Below, one piece after another: positions 1-11,700 of a stretch of DNA of 64,000 bases. The stretch spans positions 297,848,001 through 297,912,000 of the forward strand of contig OZ024740.1 of NCBI GenBank assembly GCA_964016885.1, read 5' to 3'. The translations under genes and the position numbers were made by a program. The stretch's first letter is position 1, and every line of letters starts with the position of its first letter. The notes under the pieces were generated by a model, which did no database searches, had not been told where the DNA came from, and saw only the letters and a list, made by a program, of their open reading frames with translations. This DNA is from Eledone cirrhosa (taxonomy: Eukaryota).

Positions 1-235
1 TATGTTAGATATTGCCTTTACCACAAAAATACAATAGTATATATAGAGTAATGTAAATGCTAAAGAGTTAATGTCTAAAGAGAATTAATTATCACAGGAA
101 TGCTACCTCTTAAAATAAAATTTCGCCGGAGACAAATTAGCAAAATTTAAATGGAATAAGAGCGGAGGCGTTGGAAAAAATCTGAATCTTTAATAATTGG
201 GCTGTGGGGGTGATTATTCGAAACCCGAGAGTACA
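1..235. mobile_element. Partial copy of a MITE-like family also at ~27150-27510 and ~29512-29765
   Basis: Shares taaaatttcgccgga..ttagcaaaattt and attattcgaaacccgagagta with the 27 kb copy. Confidence 0.55.
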
Positions 236-2049
236 TATATATTCCTTTCTGCTCTTACTTGAATAAAGAGTTTAACTAAAAAAAATCAGATCCTTTTCTC
301 TTCTTTCCTTTTGGCATAAATATTTTCATTTTACACACACAGTTTACATTTTCATATATATTTGTTGTCCACTATGTGGCTTCTCTTTTCTCACATTTTT
401 CATGAGTTAGACATCTTGTCATGTTCTCAGGCTAGACAGATCAAATGACTATGTCTTATTCATTTCCTTTTGGCATGGTTTCTATGACTGGATGCCCTTC
501 CGAATACCAACCACTTTATGACATATACTAGGTTTGTTTTTTCATAAAAACTCCCCCAGACCACAGGGTGGTCTGGGTGAGTTTTTCGTAGCACCAGTAT
601 GGGCTGGGTGTATTTTATTGTGTTACCAGAACTGCCTCTTTACAGAGTGGGCTGGGTGTATTTTATCATGACACTCTCATTTCCACTTTCCAGTGTGAGC
701 AAAGGGCATTTTTTTTATTGTGGAACTGGAATCAGCATATATAATTTATTTTGGCTTATTGAGTTGAATGTTATTCAGGGATTTTCCCAATGATCACTCA
801 TTTCTCTTGACATTATAAACTTCATCAGTTACCAAAACAAACAGAATCAAAACTTTATAACTGTCCAAAGAACTGAAAGGACTTAAGGAAATGCCAGAAT
901 AACAGTCAAACGGATTAGCCAAAATAAATTATTACACCTTGCCATGGTATTGAGTACTTTTTTATCCTATTCATTAAAACTAATGGTATTAATGCAATCA
1001 TATTTCTCTCAAATCACACCTTATCATCCTTTTAAAAAAACACATTGGAAAAAGTAAACTGTGACTGAAAAATGGGATTATCCAGGCTGCCCTTCAACTA
1101 AACTACAACAGCAGCCATCTTAATCTGAAATCATTTCACTCTACTTATGTTGCTAATTAAAGTTTCTATTACTCTATACACCTACTATGCACCACCTTTC
1201 CCTCCATCACCCCTTCTATACACCTCCCATGTAATAACACCCCATCCACGCCCCTAGATCTACAGTGGAACAACCTGCTCATGAAAATAACATACAGATG
1301 GCTGAGTATTCCATTGACAGGGATATCCAGTGTGGTACAGTAAATGACAAAACTGACTCTTTGAATTGCTGGTACATCTCAATTTTATGAGCTCAATGGA
1401 CTGCTGTAGTGTGAAATAGTGCCTTGCTCAAGGACATAATGTGCCAGGAATTGAACTCACAATCTTGTGATTGTGAGCCAAACACCTTAATCCCTAAAGA
1501 CATGTTCCTTCATTCCTGGTATTTATGGGGTTTTTTTCTGACACATCAAACTTTCAACCCAACACATTGGCTCTCACACCACACACCCCGCCCAATAAAA
1601 ACTACTTCACTCACCACTCAACGACCTCAGTGACCTTCAAATGAAAAAATACTTTTGCCAAATCTTTATTTTAGTCAAATCTTCATTTCCATTTCCCACA
1701 ATAGATTTTCTCCTTATCCCTATTAATAGTCAAATTACCATCCATAAATACATGTGATATTCATCTAAATTTGTATCTTTTATCACCAAAAGTCTACGTT
1801 GTCAAGACAGATATATATGCACACAAACACATATACCACCTACTCTAACAATTGGAGCCTTTCAGTCTTGACCACTGTGATGGTAGGTGGCTAGATGAGA
1901 CAACCCTTTCATGGGGAATAAATCCCTAATCTGGGAAGCCACATGTTGCAACATGTTCTTCGATGGTAACCTGTTCTCCTAATAAATTTCCTATTAAAAA
2001 TTAGAAACACACCCCCACAAGAAAGTGATTATTTTAACATGTAGACAAC

Positions 2050-2720
2050 CCTTACTTGGTGAGGTTCAATTGTGGATCCCTTTTGAAGTAGGCTCCATGT
2101 GCCTCCATGCACTTGGCTAACCAATTCTTCTACTGTTTGAAGCACATCTCACAGCACACATCATGTCCCCTCAGCTCTCAAAGAAGTCAGAAGGAACTAT
2201 GTTCGAAGAGCGGGGAGCTGGGTAAATGAGCAAAATTCCTTTCTTTGTCAAGAAACTCTAGATCAGATGCAACAATTGAGTCGAGATGTCATAATGCAAT
2301 TGCTAGTTTTGCAATGCCCGCAGATCAAGTCACTTGAGCCAAACTACATCACTAAAACATCAGAGGACTACCTGATAGTACCCCTTTGTAATTGTTTGTC
2401 CTTTAGGTGTATATTTGGGATGCATAATACCTCAGTAATCAAAGAAAGCACTCAGCATTTCCTTGAATTTGCTCTGCACCTGACATACTTTTTGAGGCCT
2501 TGGTCAATTTGGATTTGGATACTTCCACTGTGATGACTGAACTTTGGTTTCTGGGTTGTACCACACACCCATGTCCCTTCTTCAGTTATCACAGTATTCA
2601 AGAAACTCAGAGTCCTTGTTGGTAGTAGTAAAATGAGACAAATAAGTAATACATTACCTCACACATTGGCTGCCTGACAGCAACTGATACAGCTAGTGAG
2701 TTCAATCTTGTCTCCCTAAC
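2050..2720 (-). mobile_element. Highly degenerate mariner-like remnant
   Basis: cccttttgaagtaggctcc (rc resembles the G.YFEG C-terminus) and other mariner-like patches; no intact frame. Confidence 0.35.
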
Positions 2721-2970
2721 ATCATTATTTCTGAGAGGAGAAAATAAAGATGGATACCTTTCAACAGATCTCGAGTATAAATATATATACATATATATAT
2801 ATACACATATATATGTGTGTGTGTGTGTGTGTGTCAAGGGCGGTGCCCCATCATGGCCTCAGCCGGATGGCTGGAACAGGTAAAAGAGTATATATATATA
2901 TATAACGAAGGAGGTGTGATAAGGGAGCAGATGGACCATAACGCACCAGAGTACTCAATACTTAGGGTAG

Positions 2971-3315
2971 TTTGGATTCCTCTTAAGCCCAATTTCTGCC
3001 TCAACTCGTCCAAGCTCTGCCTTTCTCTCACACTTACATTGCACATCCAACACACACACACACATGTATATATATATATATATATAGGAAAATGTTTAAC
3101 CCCGACGGCAGAGCTCAAGCTGTTTCGACGGCTATTTCTGGGCTCCAGAGATAGCTGTCGAAACGGCTTGAGCTCTGCCGTTGGGGTTAAACATTTTCCT
3201 ATATATATATATACATGTTTGTGTGTGTGTGTGTGTTGGATGTGCAATGTAAGTGTGAGAGAAAGGCAGAGCTTGGACGAGTTGAGGCAGAAATTGGGCT
3301 TAAGAGGAATCCAAA
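2971..3315. repeat. ~170-bp-arm near-perfect palindrome: RTE fragment + microsatellite + HHR 3' half, mirrored
   Basis: tttggattcctcttaagccc... pairs with ...gggcttaagaggaatccaaa; 3-nt loop gct at 3142-3144; ORFs 2817+ and 2834- mirror each other. Confidence 0.95.
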
Positions 3316-3595
3316 GTGGTGTTCAGGAGAGAAGACTGCTTTGGTATGGACATGTGATGCAGATGGACAATGATTGTTGAGGGAAGAAGTGCAAGGAAAT
3401 GCCAGTGGAAGGAAGCCGCAGTAGAGGTAGATTAAGAAAGACTTGGGCAGAGGTTGTGAGAGCTGACCTTAAATCACTGAGACTCACAGAAGAGATGACA
3501 AAAGAACTCAGCAAGTGGAGAAATTCCATGCTGAGAAGGGCCTGTCCAACCCATGCAAGCGTAAAAAAATGGATGTAAAAATGATGATGATGATA
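3235..3595 (+). mobile_element. RTE-clade LINE 3' fragment
   Basis: WMCNVSVRERQSLDELRQKLGLRGI..RRLLWYGHVMQM..GRLRKTW then (atg)n tail. Confidence 0.85.
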
Positions 3596-3959
3596 TATAG
3601 GAGATGAATAGGAGTGGGTATATCAATCATTCTTTAACAAATGCAAGAAACCTCAATGCATTAATTGCTTATGAAAAAAGTCCTCTGTGTTGTCTTTTAA
3701 TCTGCTAGAAGTAATAATTCAATCCTCCTCAGATCACACTCAACTGTCTTAAAATAGGAAGGACATATTTGATTATATAGACCTATATACATATGTCTAA
3801 ATGGAAGATGGATTGATAAGTGCTAAAACACCTTTGATCATAGGTTTTCTCACCTGGGGTTGACCTAGGGCTATACAGTAACAACAACCAAAATTAGGAG
3901 AATTTAGTATTTATCCCTATTCTCTATTCTAATAAACTTTATTTGAAGATATAGTAACC

Positions 3960-4226
3960 TTAACCTGTTAACTGCCACATATATTTTACACAGCTACAGT
4001 TGCTGTGCCGGTTTTTTGTTTTCAGTAAAATGACTACATTTATTAACAACACATATCTGAATGATTGACAATCATCACATCAATAAACTAGTAACCCCAT
4101 CTAGCTTTGAAGTTATGAACTGTTGGAAAAGAGTTCAAACATGTTAGGACGAGTTATCTCTTCCATGGCACTGGAATGCATACATGTTAGAATGAGTTAT
4201 CTCATCTACAGCACTGAAGAGGTTAA
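3960..4226. mobile_element. piggyBac-like MITE
   Basis: ttaacctgttaactgc ... gcactgaagaggttaa: TTAA-bounded imperfect TIRs. Confidence 0.55.
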
Positions 4227-4972
4227 TGCATATAGCTATAATAATAGTTGAATAAATCTAGTAAAGTACCTCTGGAGATAGAAAATTGTGAAACGTCTGC
4301 AGGAAATCAAACTACACATATATTCTCTATCCATGTGTTTTTCTGTCCCCAGGGGTGCTTATGCCCAACTTGTGAGAGATGCCATATTTTGATTCCCCAT
4401 AGGCATCTGTATCCACTTTTTTTCCTTCACCAAGGGTACTTTAACTATTATTATAGTGATCTGCATTGTGGGAAATATATTTTCTAATTTCAAATTTCCT
4501 AGTGCTTTGTAAATTAACCAAAAATGTTAACCTTTTTATTTCATTAACCAAAACACTGCTAAATCTCTCTCCTATTACAGCAAGCCATCTTTAAGAAAAG
4601 GAAGATTATTTTTAGATGGCTATGTTTCTATTGGAAAGGAAAAAGATAGAGCTGATTGTCAGATCAGATCATTGAATTTTCCATTGTTGATTACTATCAT
4701 TTGGTTACAACTGACAGAAAGCAATGTAAAATAAGTATTTTGCTCAAGTACATTGCTCAAGAACACAAACATGGCATCCAGTCCAGGAATGAAACCCACG
4801 ACCTTACGATCCCAAGTCCAACACCCTAATCACTAGACTACATACCTTCACTAATGAAATATACTCTCTTTCAATTAATGAAGAATTTGAAAAGATTTAT
4901 CAAAATTTTTAATAATTTCATTTTTAAGATGATATTTATACCATGATTCAGAAAAGGTTCTTATATAAAATA

Positions 4973-5558
4973 CTAGCAGTGGTACCTGGCGTTGCATGGG
5001 ATAAGGTATTTTGGAACGCGGGCCGCCAACAGACCTAATCGTGGAAAAACTGCATGCCTGGACAATATGTAAAGAAAATAAACCGAATACTCTGATGGCT
5101 GGATAATCTTTAAGATTTTCCTCGATGAAGCAGGAAAAATGCAGGTTTTAACCTAATTTTTTGTATGTGTCTTGAAATTTCGGGAAAATTGGCTAGACGT
5201 AAAGCCTCAAAAAAGCCCTAAAAAGCTGAATAAATGAATTTTTTTACCTAATGCTAGGCCATAAAAAAGTTGAATTTTCTTTGCTCATGGTCTGAAGAAG
5301 AGACTGACTAATACATAGTTATAATGTCAAGGAGATCGGTCTGACGTAACACCTAAAAAAAACCTTAAAAAGCTGAAAAAACGCAGTTTTTCACCTAATG
5401 CGGGTCCTAGGGGATCAAAAAGTTGAATTTTATGTGCATAACACTCCTGAAACATAAGTAATACACATGTAAAGTTTGAAGAAAATCGATTGGGTACTTC
5501 TTGAGTTTTAGGGATTCAAACTCACACACACACACACGCACAGTTTTATATATATAGA
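4973..5558 (-). mobile_element. Non-autonomous Helitron
   Basis: Minus strand begins A|TCTATATATATAAAA and ends with a GC-rich subterminal motif then CTAG|T; internal gtaaagtttgaagaaaatcg shared with the 43.6-44.2 kb copy. Confidence 0.75.
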
Positions 5559-5590
5559 TATTGGAAAATTTTAATTTTAATAGGAATCAT

Positions 5591-5830
5591 TTAACCCTTT
5601 CATGGCCATATTTGTAATGATATACTCTCTATTCCAATTAAGTAATGAAGAATTTTGAGTGAGTTTCTAAAATTATTAATTATTTTATTACTAAGTTAAT
5701 AACTTAACATATGGTTCTTATATAAAATGATGTTGGAAGATATTGATTTAAATAAGAACCTTTTAAAAGGGTTGGTTTTGTTTTATAGAACCAGGACTGA
5801 TTTTAGCCAGGTTTGTATCATGAGGGTTAA
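5591..5830. mobile_element. TTAA-bounded MITE-like repeat (relatives near 20105-20395 and 33046)
   Basis: ttaaccctttcatg ... catgagggttaa. Confidence 0.5.
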
Positions 5831-6007
5831 AATAGGTGGCTTGTTTCATAGAATCAATGGTTAGTTTGGGATGGGTTGATATCAAAAGAGATAATCATAG
5901 GTCTCTTCAATCAGAGTTGATTCCGTGCTAAGCAAGAACAAAAACCTTTTTTTTTCATCATATTTCAATGTCATGTGATGTAATAACACCTATTTCCCTA
6001 TTTCCAG

Positions 6008-6152
6008 GTTGCCATGCCCTCTGCTACCGTACAATGGAGGAAACTTTGCAAAGCTGTCTATCACAGCCAATTTCATTTTCAATGAATCCCAATGATTTAA
6101 TCCGAACAGAGATCAACAATCTGTCACGTACTCAGATGAAGGAACTTTGCCA
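6008..6152 (+). CDS. Exon A of uncharacterised Cys-rich single-pass membrane protein (signal-peptide exon upstream not securely found)
   Basis: Acceptor tttccag|GT; reads [48 protein letters not shown](Q); donor CA|gtttgt (weak); phase 1 in, phase 2 out, matching exon B. Confidence 0.75.
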
Positions 6153-6189
6153 GTTTGTAGCTAATTACTTTCTCTATTTGTTTCTCTCT

Positions 6190-6220
6190 TTATATATATA
6201 TATATATGTATATGTCGGTG

Positions 6221-6291
<71 letters not shown>

Positions 6292-6348
6292 ATGTGTGTA
6301 TGTATATGTGTATATGTGTGTGTGTATGTGTGTATGTATATGTGTATA

Positions 6349-6391
<43 letters not shown>

Positions 6392-6567
6392 ATGTATATG
6401 TGTATATATATATGTGTATATATGTGTGTATGTATATGTGTATGTATGTGTGTATGTATATGTGTGTATGTATATGTGTATATATATGTGTGTATATATA
6501 TGTGTATATATATATGTGTATATATATATATATATGTGTGTGTACATATGTGTATATATGTGTGTAT

Positions 6568-6599
<32 letters not shown>

Positions 6600-6624
6600 G
6601 TATATATATATATATGTATATATG

Positions 6625-6675
<51 letters not shown>

Positions 6676-6696
6676 ATATATATATATGTATATATG

Positions 6697-6755
<59 letters not shown>

Positions 6756-6856
6756 ATATATATATATATACATATATATGTATATATGTATATATATATG
6801 TATATATATATATATGTATATATATATGTATATATATATATATGTATATATATATG

Positions 6857-6887
<31 letters not shown>

Positions 6888-6896
6888 GTATATATG

Positions 6897-6929
<33 letters not shown>

Positions 6930-6938
6930 GTATATATG

Positions 6939-6969
<31 letters not shown>

Positions 6970-6990
6970 GTATATATATATGTATATATG

Positions 6991-7039
<49 letters not shown>

Positions 7040-7042
7040 GTG

Positions 7043-7075
<33 letters not shown>

Positions 7076-7264
7076 GTGTATATATATATATATGTGTATA
7101 TATATATATATGTGTATATATATATATATGTGTATATATATATATATATGTATATATGTATATATGTATATATGTATATATATATATGTATATATGTATA
7201 TATGTATATATATATATGTATATATGTATATATATATATGTATATATGTATATATATATATATG

Positions 7265-7343
<79 letters not shown>

Positions 7344-7427
7344 GTATGTATGTATATATATGTATATATGCTTGTGTGTGTATCTGTCTTTGTATGTTTG
7401 TATATATATGTGTGTTTGTGTGTGTGT
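6190..7427. repeat. ~1.24 kb compound (TA)n/(TG)n microsatellite
   Basis: Direct inspection; source of the spurious YI/CV ORFs. Confidence 0.98.
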
Positions 7428-8044
7428 AAAGTACAGACCACTATACTTAACTTAGTGTGCTGAAAATAACACTAGTCTGCAACAATTTTTATGTTTTGGA
7501 TGCAGTTTTTCAGCTAATTATGTGGGGTTGTTGATTCAGAATAGGATGTCAGGCTTTATTTAACATACTAAATTTAGTTGCTTAGCACCATAGGCCAGAA
7601 ATTGTCTATTTTGGGCACTTTAGGAAGATTACCAATTGAATCAGTTCTTCCTTTCAAACTTTTCTATTAATTTAAAATTGATATACTCTCTGGTTTCGGA
7701 TAATTGCCCCCATCCCCCACCCTCTTACACACACACACACACACACATTAATTAATTTTTCAGATTTTTCCCACCCTCAGCATTATTCCACCCCCAACCC
7801 TGCTTATTTATTTTTCAGATTTTTTTCAACCACCCTACCCTTCTCTTATCTATCCCCAGCCCACCCTCCTTGCTTATTAAATTTTACTTATCTATCTTCG
7901 CCAAAATTTTATTTTAAGTGGTAGCAAAATACACGTATTTAATTGACTCTATAGCCTATGTACATTCTTTGAAGATACCTTATGTGAACAGTTCTATCAA
8001 CATTATCTGCCCCACCTTAAATAGAAGTATACCAACTGTATGTA

Positions 8045-8585
8045 TGTATCATCATCATCATCATCGTTTATTATCCATCTTCCATGTTAGCATGGGTCGG
8101 ATGGTTTTGTCCCACTTAAGGCGAGATTGGTCGAGAGACCGTGTCTCGCTCATACAGAACTGTTTCTGGCAGGTTTTCTACGACTGGATGCCCTTCCTAA
8201 CACCAACCACGTTTGCAGTGTGGACTGGGAGCCTTTTTACCGTGTATCCTACATGACCACTTTACAGTGTGGACTGGGTGCTTTTTGTCGTGTCACCTAC
8301 ACAACCACTTTGCAGTGGATGGAAATGGGAGGATGGAGTAAGGGTGTGGGGCAGGGTGTTTATTGGGTTAAGAGGTCCCTACTGACTGTAGGTTTAAGTT
8401 TGTATGCAAGGGAAGGTGGGTCTTCTGTATAACTGCATAGCGCCAAAAATCTCGATCCAGTGACATTGTCTTAGAGAGGTGTAAGTGAGCAAGGTCAGTT
8501 TTTCTTGGTCTACCCACTCCGTAGCTTCCATCAAGTTTGATCGATCTGCACTTTTTTAGACAGCTGTTGTCCTTCATATGCATAT
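8045..8585 (-). mobile_element. Degenerate RTE LINE 3' pieces and associated short repeats
   Basis: (cat)n tail; rc reads CLKKCRSIKLDGSYGVGRPRKT..DRDFWRYAV. Confidence 0.65.
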
Positions 8586-8965
8586 CAAAATATAAACACG
8601 GGGAAAGACTAGCCAAAGAATTACCTATTTTTTCTTCAAAGTCCCTACTGCAGTTTCATCAACCATTTTGCAGCATCGTTGCACCAGAAGAGTGCACCAA
8701 TGCTGTGAGGCAGTCAAATCCTCATTATGTGGACAGTATCCTGACCTGACCATAAGAAAGTGAATATATCTCTGGAGGTAGAAATCATCACATGGTGTAG
8801 GTCACAGAAGGGAGGCAAAAGCTGGACATTTAGTGGGTACCACATTTGCTAGAAATAGCAGCCGGCACCCGCCTAATCAACTCTACCAAAAAGGGAGTTG
8901 GGTCAATAAAATAATAAGATACACGCACTTTGATCAGTTTTGCTCTCTCTCTATATATATATATA

Positions 8966-9070
8966 ATAATTGTTTCTACTTTAGGCACAAGGCCAGCAAT
9001 TACCCAGTGCATTACTGGTACTTTATTTTATCGACCCCGTAAGGATGAAAGGCAAAGTCAACCTCGGCAG
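8966..9070 (-). mobile_element. tRNA-derived SINE, 3' part
   Basis: rc of gcctttcatccttacggggtcgataaaataaagtaccag..ggccttgtgcc..gaaacaatt. Confidence 0.85.
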
Positions 9071-9282
9071 GAATGAGAGGTATACAGATATATGTGCATA
9101 CATACATATACATGTATATATAAACATATATTTTTCAAAAGTATGTGAGATTGTATGTTGTCGACCTTAACCAGTGTTGCTCTATGATTATGAGAGACAA
9201 GATAATCGAAATAATTAAATTGACAGTCTCCCTCCGCCTTTTTGAGATTTTCTCGCTTGCTACAGATGTATGTAGTTAGGGC

Positions 9283-9394
9283 TCTTCCCTGAGGTGCTCC
9301 CTTGATAAGCTTGCTTACCTCACAACAATGTTACATATCTATGATATAACATTTTTGCATAGTGACCAGCGAAACTGTACAGTCGGGACGAAGA
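9283..9394 (+). ncRNA. Type I hammerhead ribozyme, U3-A8 core variant, intronic sense strand
   Basis: Stem I tccc(9298-9301)/ggga(9385-88) extended by tcttc/gaaga; core UUGAUAA 9302-08; stem II gct/agc with long extension; GAAA 9371-74; palindromic stem III ctgtacag; GUC, cleavage after 9384. Confidence 0.85.
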
Positions 9395-9442
9395 AAAAAT
9401 AGGTATATTGTATCTATTATTCCTTCTTATTTTATAATATTT

Positions 9443-9483
<41 letters not shown>

Positions 9484-9494
9484 TTCTTTTTCAG

Positions 9495-9622
9495 AATATT
9501 TTGCAACTGTAAAGACTGTGTGGAAGAAGAGCTGAAACCATGTATGGACAAGGAAAAATTCGAGAAATTTCTGGAATCATTTGAAGAATCATTCAATTAC
9601 ATATGTCATGAAGGATTTGAGC
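9495..9622 (+). CDS. Exon B of the same gene
   Basis: Acceptor ttttctttttcag|A; IFCNCKDCVEEELKPCMDKEKFEKFLESFEESFNYICHEGFE; donor C|gtatgt; phase 2 in, 1 out. Confidence 0.8.
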
Positions 9623-9644
9623 GTATGTTGAATATTATCAATAT

Positions 9645-9770
9645 AATTTCAATCATCATCATTATAACCATCATCATCATCATAGTCATCACAGCCATCA
9701 TCATACTTATCATCATCATAGCCATCATCATCACTATCACCATCAGCAGCAGTAACAGCAGTGTTGTTAT
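9645..9770. repeat. (ATC/CAT)n degenerate microsatellite
   Basis: Direct inspection. Confidence 0.9.
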
Positions 9771-10088
9771 CAACATGATTTTTACCATTCATTTTCCCAA
9801 GATTTTTTAAAACCATTTTTGTTAGCTAATGAGAGAAGGATGGCAATGTCCCTGACCTTTTACACATATAATCTCAACTCATATATAATACACATGCAAT
9901 TACACAAAGATATAAATGTACTGACATATACATGCTTTTCATATTGGTCATGCTATATACACATACACATATATGTACATATACATACTGGGATGTAACA
10001 AATTCACTTCATTAATAGCATCCTGCCAAGGAAGGATGTATTTCCCCTTCACTCCACTGCCCTATTATTATTATCATTATTATTAAAG

Positions 10089-10995
10089 GGCGGTGGATTG
10101 GCAGTATCGGTAGAGGGTCGGACGCTATGCTTTGCAGCATAGTTACGTCCCTTTACGATCTGAGTTCAAATTCCGCCGAGGTTGACTTTGCCTTTCATCC
10201 TTACGGGGTCGATAAAATAAAGAACCAGTAATGAACTGGGTAATTGCTGGCCTTGTGCCAAATGTAGAAACAATTATTATCATTATTGTTATAGTGCAGT
10301 GGATTATTATGTGAGGTCGGTGGATTGGCAGTATCGGTAGAGGGTCGGACGCTATGCTTTGCAGCATAGAGTTACGGCCCTTTATAATCTGAGCTCAAAT
10401 CCCGCCGAGGTTAACTTTGCCTTTCATCCTTACGGGGTCGACAAAATAAAGTACCAGTAATGCACTGGGTAATTGCTGGCCTTGTGCTAAAATTAGAAAC
10501 AATTATTATTATTATAGTGCAGTAGATTGGCAGTATCAGTAGAACATCAGACAATATGCTTTGCAGCATAGAGTTATGGCCCTTTATGCTCTGAGTTCAA
10601 ATCCTGCCAAGGTTAGCTTTGTCTTTCATCCTTACGGGTTCAATAAAATAAAGTACCAGTCACGCACTGGGGTTGATTTAATCGACTTTCCCCTCCCCAA
10701 AAATTGTTGGCCTTGTGCCTATATAAGAAACTAATCCCACCGAGCTTAACTTTGCCTTTCATCCTTACGGGGATCGATAAAATAAAGTACCAGTAATACA
10801 CTGGGATAATTGCTGGCCTTGTGCCAAAAGTAGAAACAATTATTACTATAGTGCAGTAAAGCATTGGAAAATATGCTTTGCAGCATAGATTTATGGCCCT
10901 TTATGCTCTGAGTTCAAATCTTGCCAAGGTTAGCTTTGCTTTTCATCCTTACGGGGTCGATAAAATAAAGTACCAGTAATGCACTGGAGTCAATA
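10089..10995 (+). mobile_element. Head-to-tail array of ~5 tRNA-derived SINE copies
   Basis: Repeated A-box tggcagtatcgg, B-box gagttcaaatcc, core gcctttcatccttacggggtcgataaaataaagtaccag, (att)n tails; units start near 10089, 10316, 10516, 10735, 10851. Confidence 0.92.
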
Positions 10996-11017
10996 TATAA
11001 GTAGAGTGAGGACAATT

Positions 11018-11136
11018 AAGATTTAATATAGAAAAGGCTTCTACAGGACTAGAACTGTTTCATTTGTATGAAATCATCAGGCATTCCTGAATGCAACAGT
11101 TCTAGTCCTCTAGAAGCCTTTTCTATAATAAATCTT
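11018..11136 (-). ncRNA. Fold-back element with HHR-like motif on minus strand (relative at 26237-26290)
   Basis: ~47-bp inverted arms with 3 mismatches; minus strand ctgatga-tttcatacaaat-gaaac-agttcta-gtc. Confidence 0.6.
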
Positions 11137-11389
11137 TGTTATATAATATATATATATATATATAATATATATATGTATATAGTATTGTAATCGTAATATT
11201 CCTCCATACACAGAATCATATGGATAGTTGTCCTCTGATGAGGACACTCTCTTAGATGTTTTTCTGGGTATGAAGGATCAGATGAAAGTGTTTCCACTTC
11301 TTACTTTATTCTTTTCACAGTGAAGGGTTCTAAAAATATGCATGTTAGATTTTCAATAAGTTTTCCTTAAAATAACAACAACAACAATA

Positions 11390-11552
11390 ATAATTGTTTC
11401 TACATTTGGCACAAGGCCAGCAATTATCCCAGTGCATTACTGGTACCTTATTTTATCGTCTCCGTAAGGATGAAAGGCAAAGTTAACCTCGGCGGGATTT
11501 GAACTCTGACCGGAAAGGGACATAACTCTTTGCTGGAAAGCATGGTGTCTGA
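11390..11552 (-). mobile_element. tRNA-derived SINE
   Basis: rc of family consensus. Confidence 0.85.
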
Positions 11553-11577
11553 CAACAACAGTAATATTGTAGTTTGG

Positions 11578-11700
11578 AACTAGCTGTGGAAATGGCAAGA
11601 GCTCTGCTGTCAGGGTCCCAACTCTTTATATATATAGTTCGGATCTAGCTCTCAAAATGGCCGGAGCTCAGCCGTCAGGGTCCTGACTCTTTTCCTATAT
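11578..11700 (+). repeat. Two tandem degenerate copies of the HHR-3'-half terminus seen at 3150-3203
   Basis: tagctgtggaaatggcaagagctctgctgtcaggg and tagctctcaaaatggccggagctcagccgtcaggg, each followed by (TA)n. Confidence 0.6.

Noticed and set aside
788-833. Minus-strand CUGAUGA..GAAA-tga..tca motif; similar weak cases at 11230-11350, 26876-26927, 50055-50120 and 63798
   Set aside because: Stem I or II or the GAAA is missing or unconvincing; could be chance in AT-rich DNA
5968-7463. 400-500 aa ORFs rich in YI/CV/HT
   Set aside because: Translations of (TA)n/(TG)n microsatellite; only 6008-6152 is a plausible exon. The same applies to ORFs at 19.4-19.8, 36.9-40.8, 44.6-45.1, 56.5-57.1 and 63.5 kb
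10089-10995. CRISPR-like or tRNA-gene array
   Set aside because: Units are ~200-bp SINEs with A/B boxes and tails; no spacer structure, no complete cloverleaf, eukaryotic context
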